Below are positions 23,478 to 35,121 of a stretch of DNA of 64,000 bases, one piece after another. Where the stretch lies: positions 1,683,710-1,747,709 of the forward strand of contig NW_003314264.1 of NCBI RefSeq assembly GCF_000143415.4, in the 5' to 3' direction. The first letter of the stretch is position 1. Every line of letters starts with the position of its first letter. The stretch comes from Selaginella moellendorffii. Taxonomy: Eukaryota; Plantae; Lycopodiophyta. Made by a program: the position numbers and the translations under genes. Under the pieces are notes generated by a model. It made no database searches and was not told the origin of the DNA. It was given only the letters and a program-made list of their open reading frames with translations.

Positions 23478-23577
23478 NNNNNNNNNNNNNNNNNNNNNNN
23501 NNNNNNNNNNNNNNNNNNNNNNNNNNNNNNNNNNNNNNNNNNNNNNNNNNNNNNNNNNNNNNNNNNNNNNNNNNNNN
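23478..23577. other. Assembly gap (100 N)
   Basis: Run of N. Confidence 1.
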
Positions 23578-26500
23578 AATGCTAGATACATTATGATCAG
23601 TATTTTCCGGGGAACCTTGCTATTGCTCCTTGAGTAGTTTGGTGTTGGATTAGTGTTGAGTTTGGTCGGAAAGAGAGTGGCATGAACTTGTCCGTGTTGT
23701 GAACAAAAGTTAGTGGTGTTGGGTGTCGTAAACCTCTATTGGTGGAGTGTGGCATTTATGTTGCATTTTGTCGAATCGAGTTGGCATTTGATACTCACAT
23801 AAACGTTTGAAGTAATGACATAGGCATTGCTCATTGTGTTACTCAATTGATGATCAAGTCATTGTGATGCTTATATCATATCCATGTGATAAAGAGTAAT
23901 GCGTTTACGAAGTTGCTTGGGTAAATGATGATCAACCCCAAAGTGGTTGATGGACAAGCTAGTCTACTTACACGAAGTAGCATTGTAGTAGCTTTGATTG
24001 GATTCTTTATAGTGGTCCATTATGCTAAGCTTAAGTTGGTACCTTATTTCCTTAAGTTTGCCCACTAAGGTGTTGGAAAAGGGTTGTAGCATTTATTTGT
24101 TATAGCTTGTCGGTTGATCCGTTAGCACTTGGAGTAGATTGTTGGATAGAGAAGATGTGGAGTTGGGGCATTGACGTCACTAGCACTTGTGTTAGTGGAA
24201 GTGGCATTGTTATTTCAAGTGATGAGGAATTTTCCTTGGACCTTGATTTTTCCATGTCATTTTTCTTGTTAGTGTTTTGGCTTCACATTGGATCTTGAAG
24301 GTGATTGAAGAAGAGTGTTAGTGCAATATGGATATCCGAAGATGTGGTCTTCGTGATCAAGCCTTGGATGTTCATTTTGCACTTTGCGGATGTCAGTATT
24401 GGATGTCGATTATATGGGCAAAGATGTTCGATGCTTAAGCATGTTGTTGGATCATGAGAATTTGTGTTGAGGTGAGCCTATGTGAAGTTGTTGGTAGGAG
24501 GAAGTTGGTTGAGTCTTGAAAGTTTGCAATCCTGGACTGAGAGTCATTCTTTCTCTAGGATGGGAAATTTTCCACAAATTTTCTTAGACTTTTCCAATGG
24601 CTGATCTATTGATCATTTTGTCCGAAAACCATTCCGTTTTCGAAGGCCAGTACAAACTAGTGAAGGGGTTAGAGTTGACTTCGGTTAACTTAGACCTTGA
24701 TAGGTAGTTTGTATAATGCGGCCCGAAAGGGATGCTGACTTTTGGGGCTAAAACAATTGAGTTGGATAGAGTCTAGAGTTGATATAGGAAAGTTGCTGTT
24801 GCACTTTTCTCAGAAAGGTGACCCTTGTACCTTTCTTTTGTAGCGTTATGCTTGGTGGCAGGTTGCACCTTGCATTATGTTAAACTCTATGAGAGTAGTG
24901 AGCTCTCACTAATCTTGACTTGGTCTTGGTGGCCCTGCACCTTGGCTGAGGATGGTGATGTCCAATTTAGTTGTTTGAGGTTGCGATGTTGGTACCCGTA
25001 CTATAGCTTTGTCTATGAGGAGGTTGTGTACCGATATGAGTCCATCTTATGGTCTTCACTTTAGTTTCGACTGAGTGTTGATCGCATAGCTAGCCTCTTC
25101 AAGGCATGCTCAGAGCTAGGGGCTAAATGTTTTAGTGAGCTTATTGCGGTTGAGTTGGATTCGAGTAGTCATTTAGTTTGTGCTTGTCTATGAACTTTTA
25201 TCTCGTACCTGGGGTATCACGTTCATGTTGGACAAGTATATAACTTGATGATAAGAGTTGGTGTTTGGGTCTTGTGAAGGCAAGTTGAGGAGTGATTGTT
25301 AGTTGCTTTGCGACTAGTGATTGCTTATAGACTTTGTCGAGGACTGTTGACACTTACTTTGCTCGATGAAGATTTAGCAGTGATGGGCTTGCTTTACCGG
25401 GTGGTGTTGCGGAGGATCATGTCGTTAGACTTACATGAGTTTTTCATGTTGGCTTGTCGACTCTACCTCTGTCGATATCATTTGGTTACGTCTAGTCCGT
25501 AATGTTGGATTTCATTGAGTCTTGGACGTGGTGAATCACTTCTTGATGATGTGTATCTGAAACTGAGTATTGCTGAAGGATTGGTCTTGGATACACACTA
25601 AGGTATCTTCGACTGTGGTTAGCTTGGTTGCTAGGAAGTTTTGAGTGGTGATTCACTCTAGCTTTCTTCTAGCTTTGTCCTGATGTTGATGGCATTAAAG
25701 TGATGCCTTGTCATTGATGTTGTTGACATTGAGATTCGAGTGAAATGAGATATCCTTCCAAGGATTGATATTGAGTTTCATTAGTCCTGATGATAATAGT
25801 GTTGATGATTTGGCTTTAGCTTTGTGTTGTTGGCATTCATGCATTTGCTAGTTAGCAACTATATTGACGTTCAAATGAACTGAGTGGCAAGTTGAGTTAG
25901 TTGTGTTCTAGATGAGATTGTTTAGTAAGGTTTAAGCTTTGGCTTTTCCTTGAAAAGTGATTTAGTCGTGGACTATGCTAACTTTACGAGATGATGTGTT
26001 AGTGATTGATATTGAAGTGATTGAATCCTTGTTGAGTTTGAATTGAGATATATCAATCATTGATGATTCGTCTTGCACTTGTTATGAAGTGCATTACGTC
26101 TTGCTATAGATGGATTCATGGAGGATCGATTAGATGATCACTTGTTGAGCATAACTTCGTTATGCTTGGCTTTTGGATTGATGCAGACATGCTCTTCATT
26201 AGCTTTCGCATTATGAAGTTTAGCTTATGGATGTATTGAAGGGGATATTGTGGTTCTACCATGATTTCTTCTTTAGCATTGAAGTTAGCTTCTATGAGAC
26301 TCGTGATCATTATTAAGTAAGACTTGGCTATAGGCTTCTTCGAGCTTTGGTTCTTTGAGTTTTATGCTCATTGTTGCATTTGTTAGAAGTTGTTGGGGAA
26401 GGCATTTTGGCTCATTAGCTTCGATGTTGAAGTTAGTATTTGCATCTAGCAATCATTGGTGATGATTGACTATCATCTAGGATAATTGATTATCCATGTC

Positions 26501-27976
26501 AAAAAGTTTTGCTTGATTATTGTTGGTATAGAATGGTTTGCCGTTCTTCGGGATGGTGGATTCCTTCTTAGACGATGATTATGCATCTCTTTATTGATGG
26601 AATGATTGATGATCTTTTATGATGGTTAGTTGTTCTCTTTAATAGCTTATGGCTTTTTGCAATACCACATATTCTTTGTGGTTTGCTCTGGATTGGTCTC
26701 TTGGGCTTGAGACATCAATAGGATGTTGCTAACACTTGCTTAGGCAACTTGAGTTCCTTAGTGTTGTTGGCTGGGATTTATTCGGATTGGCTAGTGTAAT
26801 GGTTAATATGAACAAGCGTTTGTTTGCTTTGCAACATTCATTTTGTTCTGTTGATTATTGCTCGAGTTAGTTCTCATAGATTAGGATGTTATTCCTTTGG
26901 GTGATACATTCGCGAGCATTGTGCTTGTTAGTCAATGATACTCTGTGTTCTTTGAGTTGTGTTTTGTGAGTTGTTTGGCATGCTATCAGCCATTTTCGGT
27001 AGTTAAGTTTTATCATTGAGTTTACTTGATGATATACTTGCTATTGAATTTTGTTAGATGGTGAATTCTATGTTTTCCAATGATAGTGATCTTGGTGGTT
27101 CTTATACTATAATACTAGTTTATCGGATGATAACTTACTTGGAATACTTTTGTGTTCTAATCTAAGCTTTATTCACTGATAATTAAATCTCTAAGATATC
27201 ATTGTTTATGACTTTGATATGTCCATATATATTGATCTTTGAGTTTGGGCCAGTAATGGGCAGACTAGCTTCGGCACTTCGTGTGCATGGTGAAATCTCT
27301 AGTCATGGGGTAGCTACTGTCGACTGGTCACATACCCACCTCTCTGTCGATGTTCCTTATTCCGTTGAAAGGGCGTGACCGTGTAAACAACTCTAACTGC
27401 CTGTTGACAGTAGTCTATCTAAACCTTACCGACGGGTTTGGTTTCTTTGCTCAGAAGGGTTGGGGCTTCTAGCTTCTCTCTCTATGTTCCTGCGGGCAGG
27501 GCATATCACACTTTTGTAGCTGGGTGACACCCAGAGCAGCAAGGGTGGCTGACTCCGTTGGTCATTTCCTTGTCGGCGACGGCCGGAAGGTGTCTGAGCT
27601 GGTAGCGCATCCGCGTTAGACAAAGAGGTTACCCCCTCACTCATTTAAGTTGGTGCATTTCTCACATAGTGTGAGTACCGTGAACTTTTTCTGGAGTTGT
27701 TTCCTTGGCGGTATTCTAGACTGGAGTATGCATCGACGAGGACGTCATCTTCCTAAGGGGGGGAGAGTGTCGCGAATGTGACTTCAGGTATCGAAAGTTA
27801 CCTGTTGGCTAGTCCTTTCGGATATTCTTACCTTACTGCCACGACGGCAGGAGGTCGGTATTGCTAGACCCTTTATCAGTCCCTCTTGTGCTAGTGGAGT
27901 TAACTGGGCATTTCAAGTGTACTTAGACCGGACGAGCATAAGGACGGAATTCCTACATGTTATTAGCTAAGCATAC

Positions 27977-28076
27977 NNNNNNNNNNNNNNNNNNNNNNNN
28001 NNNNNNNNNNNNNNNNNNNNNNNNNNNNNNNNNNNNNNNNNNNNNNNNNNNNNNNNNNNNNNNNNNNNNNNNNNNN
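27977..28076. other. Assembly gap (100 N) inside the middle LTR
   Basis: Run of N. Confidence 1.
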
Positions 28077-31000
28077 AGTCCCTCAATATCGCTACATGAT
28101 AGCTTACCGTGTCTGCCAAACACCCTCGCTATCATGCCCTTTGTGTTAGTCTCATTTCGGTCCCAAATGCTATTTATGGAAAGTGTCTAGATTTGCTCAT
28201 TTGGCATATCTACGGAATGTAGAGATCGGCCTGAACACAATGGTGTTCGTCCCGTGTCCAAATTCACAATCTAGGGACATTCCATATTTAGTAAGTTTCG
28301 AGCTTGTCCCAGAGACTAACTCCTGATACTAAGGGAGGCTTGGGGTGAAAGCCCAAAGCGTGTGTTCCTCAAGGGGGGGGGGCTATGGGGGGTTCCAAAT
28401 GTATAGTAGGGATAGTGGGTAGGTCGGGCATGGCCGACCAACCTGAGGCATAGTCTAGCTCCCGCTTGCGTGCCTGTCCTTGTTCTGCGTCCGGCTTGGG
28501 TCTAAGCCCAAGTTCCATTCCATGCTAGCTGGTGGAGTACCCATATCCTCACGTTAGGCCACCGGTATGCCGAAATAGCGCCAGACTCCGTTTGGCTCCG
28601 TTTTGCGTGCTGGTCTTGGCATTGGGATGCTAGTTGCTTCAGGACTGTTCCAAGTTGCTCCGGGCCCCTGTCCCTTCGCTCCTTGGGCTGTATGCTCGGG
28701 AGTTGCACCGTGGTTCGGTTCCATCACTCCTTGGCTCCATGCCTGGGAGTTTGGCACCGTTAGTTCGTTCAGTGGCCCAAGGCCCTGAACCTCGGGTTCC
28801 TATGGACACGTGGCATGGACACGTGGCATGTGACACGTGGCATCTGTCACGTGGCACAAAGAGGGTTTAGGTTCCGCTTCGTGGTGTTATCCTATGGTAA
28901 ATCACCATAGGATAAAGGGTCAAAACCACGTGCGCTACATTTGGTATCAGAGAATGAGTCTCAGTGAGTACTATTCAATGAGATTGGGCAACTAGTCTTG
29001 TTGCATACGTAGAGATGAAAACGATGATCCGAGTGGGTACACGTTTTGGTGCAAAGACTTCACATTGGTTCTTTGGGATAGGTTTTGGTTACCTTTTTGT
29101 TCCATATTATGTGAGCTTGCTCTTGGGCTCATAGGGTGGACTGAGTTGTTCCATTACACGAGTTTGCGCTTGGGCTCGTGAGTGAGGCGCATTAGCAACT
29201 CGAGGTTACACTTTGAGTTGGCAGGATTAATGTTAGCCTATCGGTGGTTCCATGAGTTGTTCCATGTACCATGGGTGAAAATAAACTTTCCTTGGGTTTG
29301 CTATGAGTGGCAAATAGGCTGGTCCGTAGCTGTTTAGCACGGCACTAGTGGATCCTTCCTAGGCATGATTATAAGTGGATCAATCAAGACTATAAGGGAT
29401 TAGTCTATTGGTTCAAATAGTCATGGCCGTGCTCTCTTATAAACTTTTCTTCGATTGAACTGAAGGCAGTGCGAAAGCAAGTTTGAGGTTTGGTCAAAGA
29501 TGAGACCGAAAAGAGAGTCATCGGGGACGAAGGATCAAACACGTAAATCATTTTCTCTTCTTGGAGAGATGATTTGCAACGAGGTGTTAACTCATTGCTT
29601 GTGTTCACATCATGCAATCAAGAGTCCCTATCTTGACGCATGTTGGAGATGGTGGTCTTACAATGGTGAGTTGTGGGATGGATAGTGGTGAAATGCTAAC
29701 CATTTTGTCTAAGCTTGCTATTGGAAGACTTGGGTTGCAATGCTCAATTCTTTTCCGGGGAACTTTGCTATTGCTCCTTGAGTAGTTTGGTGTTGGATTA
29801 GTGTTGAGTTTGGTCGGAAAGAGAGTGGCATGAGCTTGTCCGTGTTGTGAACAAAAGTTAGTGGTGTTGGGTGTCGTAAACCTCTATTGGTGGAGTGTGG
29901 CATTTATGTTGCATTTTGTCGAATCGAGTTGGCATTTGATACTCACATAAACGTTTGAAGTAATGACATAGGCATTGCTCATTGTGTTACTCAATTGATG
30001 ATCAAGTCATTGTAATGCTTATATCATATCCATGTGATAAAGAGTAATGCGTTTACGAAGTTGCTTGGGTAAATGATGATCAACCCCAAAGTGGTTGATG
30101 GACAAGCTAGTCTACTTACACGAAGTAGCATTGTAGTAGCTTTGATTGGATTCTCTATAGTGGTCCATTATGCTAAGCTTAAGTTGGTACCTTGTTTCCT
30201 TAAGTTTGCCCACTAAGGTGTTGGAAAAGGGTTGTAGCATTCATTTGTTATAGCTTGTCGGTTGATCCGTTAGCACTTGGAGTAGATTGTTGGATGGAGA
30301 AGATGTGGAGTTGGGGCATTGACGTCACTAGCACTTGTGTTAGTGGAAGTGGCATTGTTATTTCAAGTGATGAGGAATTTTCCTTGGATCTTGATTTTTC
30401 CATGTCATTTTTCTTGTTAGTGTTTTGGCTTCACATTGGATCTTGAAGGTGATTGAAGAAGAGTGTTAGTGCAATATGGATATCCGAAGATGTGGTCTTC
30501 GTGATCAAGCCTTGGATGTTCATTTTGCACTTTGCGGATGTCAGTATTGGATGTCGATTATATGGGCAAAGATGTTCGATGCTTAAGCATGTTGTTGGAT
30601 CATGAGAATTTGTGTTGAGGTGAGCCTATGTGAAGTTGTTGGTAGGAGGAAGTTGGTTGAGTTTTGAAAGTTTGCAATCCTGGACTGAGAGTCATTCTTT
30701 CTCTAGGATGGGAAATTTTCCACAAATTTTCTTAGACTTTTCCAATGGCTGATCTATTGATCATTTTGTCCGAAAACCATTCCGTTTTCGAAGGCCAATA
30801 CAAACTAGTGAAGGGGTTAGAGTTGACTTCGGTTAACTTAGACCTTGATAGGTAGTTTGTATAATGCGGCCCGAAAGGGATGCTGACTTTTGGGGCTAAA
30901 ACAATTGAGTTGGATAGAGTCTAGAGTTGATATAGAAAAGTGGCCGTTGCACTTTTCTCAGAAAGGTGACCCTTGTACCTTTCTTTTGTAGCGTGGTGCT

Positions 31001-34000
31001 TGGTGGCAGATTGCACCTTGCATTACGTTAGACTCTATGAGAGTAGTGAGCTCTCAGTGATCTTGACTTAGTCTTGGTGGCCCTGCACCTTGGCTGAGGA
31101 TGGTGATGTCCAACCTAGTTGTTTAAGGTTGAGATGTTGGTACCTATACTATGGCTTTGTCTATAAGGAGGTTGTGTACCGATATGAGTCCATCTCATGG
31201 TCTTCACTTGAGTTTCGACTTAGTGTTGATCATGTGTAGCTAGCCTCTTCAAGGCATGCTCAGAGCTATTGACTAGACGTGTTGGTGAGCTTATTACGGT
31301 TGAGTTGGATTTGAATAGTCATTTAGTTTGTGCTTGTCTATAAACTTTTGTCTCGTACCTGGGGTATCACGTTCATATTGGGCAAGTATATAACTTAATG
31401 ACAAGAGTTGGTGTTTGGGTCTTGTGAAGGCAAGTTGAGGAGTGGTTGTTAGTTGCTTTGCAACTAGTGATTACTTGTAGACTTCGTCAAGGACTTTTGA
31501 CACTTGCTTTGCTCGATAATGATTTAGCGGTGATGGGCTTGCTTTACCAGATGGTGTTGCGGAGGATCGTGTCATTAGGCTGGCATGGGTTTTTCCATGT
31601 TGGCATATCAATTCCTTTGTCGATATCATTTGTTTACGTTTGGTCTATAGTGTTGGATTTCATTAAGTCTTGGATGTGGTGATTCACTCCTTGATGATGT
31701 GTTATCTGTCACTGAATTTTGCTGAAGGATTGGTCTCGGATACTAAGTATAGTATCTTCGACTTTGGTTAGCTTGGTTGCTGGAAAGCTCCGAGTGGTGA
31801 TTCACTCTTGCTTTCTTCTAGCTTTGTCCTGATGTTGATGGCATTGAAGTGATGCCTTGTCATTGATATTGTTGATATTGAGACTTGAGTGAAATGAAAT
31901 GTCTTTCCTTAGGATTGATATTGAGTTTCATTAGTCTTGATGAAAAGTGTTGATGATTTGGCTTTAGCTTTGTGTTGTTGGCATTCATGCATTTGCTAGT
32001 TAGCAACTGTGTTGACGTTCAAATGAACTGAGTGGCAAGTTTGAGTTAGTTGTGTTCTAAATGAGATTATTTAGTAGGGGTTGAGGTTTGAGCTTTTCCT
32101 TGAAAAGTGATTTAGTCATGGACTATGCTAACTCTACAAGTGGAAGAGTTAGTGATTGATGTTGGAATATTTTGAATCCTTATGGGATTTTAGTTGAAAT
32201 ATATCAATCATTGATGATTCTTCTTGTGCTTGTTACGATGTGAGCTACGTCTTGCTATAGATGGATTCATGGAGGATCGATTAGATGATCACTTGTTGAG
32301 CATAACTTCGTTATGCTTGGCTTTTGGATTGATGCAGACATGCTCTTCATTAGCTTTCGCATTATGAAGTTTAGCTTATGGATGTATTGAAGGGGATATT
32401 GTGGTTCTACCATGATTTCTTCTTTAGCATTGAAGTTAGTTCGTGCGAGACTTGTGATCATTGTTAGGCAAGACTTGGCTATAAGCTTCTTCAAACTTTT
32501 GGTCCTTTGAGTTTATTATGCTCATTGTTCCATTTGTTAGAAGTTGTTGGGGGGAAGGCATTTTTGGCTCTTTAGCTTCAATGTACAAGTTAGTATTTGC
32601 ATTTAGCAATCATTGGTGATGATTGACTATCATCTAGGAAAGTTGATTATCCTTGTCGAAGGTTTTGCTTAATTATCGTTGATCTAAAAAGATTTGCCAT
32701 TGTTCCGGATGGTGGATTCTTTCTTCAATGACGATTATGCATCTCTTTATTGATGGGATAATTGATGATCTTTCATGATGGTTAGTTGTTCTCTTTGATG
32801 GCTTATGGCTTTTTGCAATACCACATGTTCTTTGTGGTTTGCTCTGGATTGGTCTCTTGGGTTTGAGACATCAGTAGGATGTTGCTAACACTTGCTTGAG
32901 CAACTCTAGTTCCTTGGTATTGTTGATTGAGATCTATTCAGATTTGCTAGTGCAATAGTTGATATGAACAAGTGTTTGTTTGCTTTGCAACATTCATTTT
33001 GATCTGTTGATTATTGCTCGAGTTAGTTCTCATAGATTCGGATGTTATGGCCTTCGGGTGTAACATTCACGAGCATTGTGCTTGTTACTCAATAATACTT
33101 TGTGTTCTTTGAGTTGTGTTTTGTGAGTTGTTTGGCATACTATCTGCCATTTTCGATAGTTAAGTTTCATCATTGAGTTTCCTTGATGATCTACTTGCTA
33201 TTGAATTTTGTTGGATGGTGATTCCTATGTTTACCAATTATGATGATCTTGGTGGTTCCTATCTACAATACTACTAGTTTATCGGATGATAACTTGCTTA
33301 GAATACTTTTGTGTTCTACTCTAAGATATAATCACTAGTAATTAAGCTTCTCAGATATCATTGTCTCTGACTTTGATATTGTCCATCCATTAATCTTTGA
33401 GTTTGGGCCAGTATAGGCAGACTGGCTTCGGCACTTCGTGTGCATTGTGAAATCTCTAGTCATGGGGTAGCTACTGTCGACTGGTCACATCACCCGCCTC
33501 TCTGTCGATGTTCCTTATTTTGTTGAAAGGGCGTGACCGTGTAAACAACTCTAACTGCCTGTTTACAGTAGTAGTCTATCTAAACCTTACCGACGGGTTT
33601 GGTTTCTTTGCTCAGGAGGGTTGGGGCCTCTGGCTTCTCTCTCTATGTCCCTGCGGGCAGGGCATATCACACTTTTGTAAGCTGGGTGACTTCCAGAGCA
33701 GCAGGGGTGGCTGACTCCGTTGGTCATTTCCTTGTCGGTGACGGCCAGAAGGTGTCTGAGCTAGTAGCGCATCCGCGTTAGACAAAGAGGTTGCCCCCTT
33801 AACTCATTTAAGTTGGTGCATTTCTCACATAGTGTGAGTACTGTGAACTTTTTCTGGAGTTGTTTCCTTAGACTCGAGTGTGCATCGACGAGGACGTCGA
33901 TTTTCCCAAGGGGGGGAGAGTGTCGCGAATGTGACTTCGGGTATCGAAAGTTACCTGTCGGCCAGTCCTTACGGACACTCTTACCTTACTGCCACGACGG

Positions 34001-35121
34001 CAGGAGGTCGGTATTGCTGGACCCGTTATTAGTCTCCGCCTAAGCTAGTTGAGAAACTGGTCCTCGCGTGTGCACTTGACCAGATGGGCATAAGGATGGA
34101 ATTCCTAAGTGCTATTAGTCAAGCATACTTGACTTGGTTAGAGAAACTCATTCGTTGACTTGCACTTGCTAGTGTTGGGAACCCCCGCGATATTGAGCTT
34201 GGTCCCTCAATATCGCTAAATGATAGCTTACCGTGTCTGCCAAACACCCTCGCTATCATGCCCTTTGTGTTAGTCTCATTTTGGTCCCAAATGCTATTTA
34301 TGGAAAGTGTCAAGATTTGCTCATTTGGCATATCTATGGAATGTAGAGATCGGCCTGAACACAATGGTGTTCGTCCCATGTCCAAATTCGCAATCTAGGG
34401 ACATTCCATATTTAGTAAGTTTCGAGCTTGTCCCAGAGACTAACTCCTGATACTAAGGGAGGCTTGGGGTGAAAGCCCAAAGCGTGTGTTCCTCAAGGGG
34501 GGGGGGGGATATGGGGGGTTCCAAATGTATAGTAGGGATAGTGGGTAGGTCGGGCATGGCCAACCAACCTGAGGCATAGTCTAGCTCCCGCTTGCGTGCC
34601 TGTCCTTGTTCTGCATCCGGCTTGGGTCTAAGCCCAAGTTCCATTCCATGCTAGCTGGTGGAGTACCCATATCCTCACGTTAGGCCACCGGTATGCCGAA
34701 ATAGCGCCAGACTCCGTTTGGCTCCGTTTTGCGTGCTGGTCCTGGCATTGGGATGCTAGTTGCTTCAGGACTGTTCCAGGTTGCTCCGGGCCCCTGTCCC
34801 TTCGCTCCTTGGGCTGTATGCTCGGGAGTTGCACCGTGGTTCGGTTCCATCACTCCTTGGCTCCATGCCTGGGAGTTTGGCACCGTTCGTTCGTTCAGTG
34901 GCCCAAGGCCCTGAACCTCGGGTTCCTATGGACACGTGGCATCTGTCACGTGGCACAAAGAGGGTTTAGGTTCCGCTTCGTGGTGTTATCCTATGGTAAA
35001 TCACCATAGGATAAAGGGTCAAAACCACGTGCGCTACAGCACTCTTGTTCATAAGCCCTTTCCCTTTATATTTGAACCCCCTATAGATCGTCTCTTGAGT
35101 TATTCTCTTTGGTTGTTTACA

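Larger units (their letters stand above)
22235..35038 (+). mobile_element. Family B non-autonomous Ty3/gypsy-like LTR element in tandem form (LTR-internal-LTR-internal-LTR)
   Basis: LTRs TGTCGCGAAT...GCGCTACA at 22235-23404, 27768-28939 and 33921-35038. tRNA-iMet PBS TGGTATCAGAG follows LTR1 and LTR2. PPT AAGGGGGGGAGAG precedes LTR2 and LTR3. A single outer TSD GCACT (22230-22234, 35039-35043). The internal regions have no long ORF. Confidence 0.9.
22133..35121 (-). mobile_element. Cassandra (5S-carrying TRIM) solo LTR, split into 22133-22234 and 35039-35121 by the family B insertion
   Basis: The two halves rejoin into the ~190-bp LTR seen at 46548-46740. TG...CA ends, TSD ATAGT at 22128-22132 and 35122-35126. 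Confidence 0.85.

Noticed and set aside
23578-33920. Short ORFs within family B internal regions
   Set aside because: All under ~90 aa, GT-skewed, with no intact gag/pol motifs. Their recurrence is explained by the duplication.
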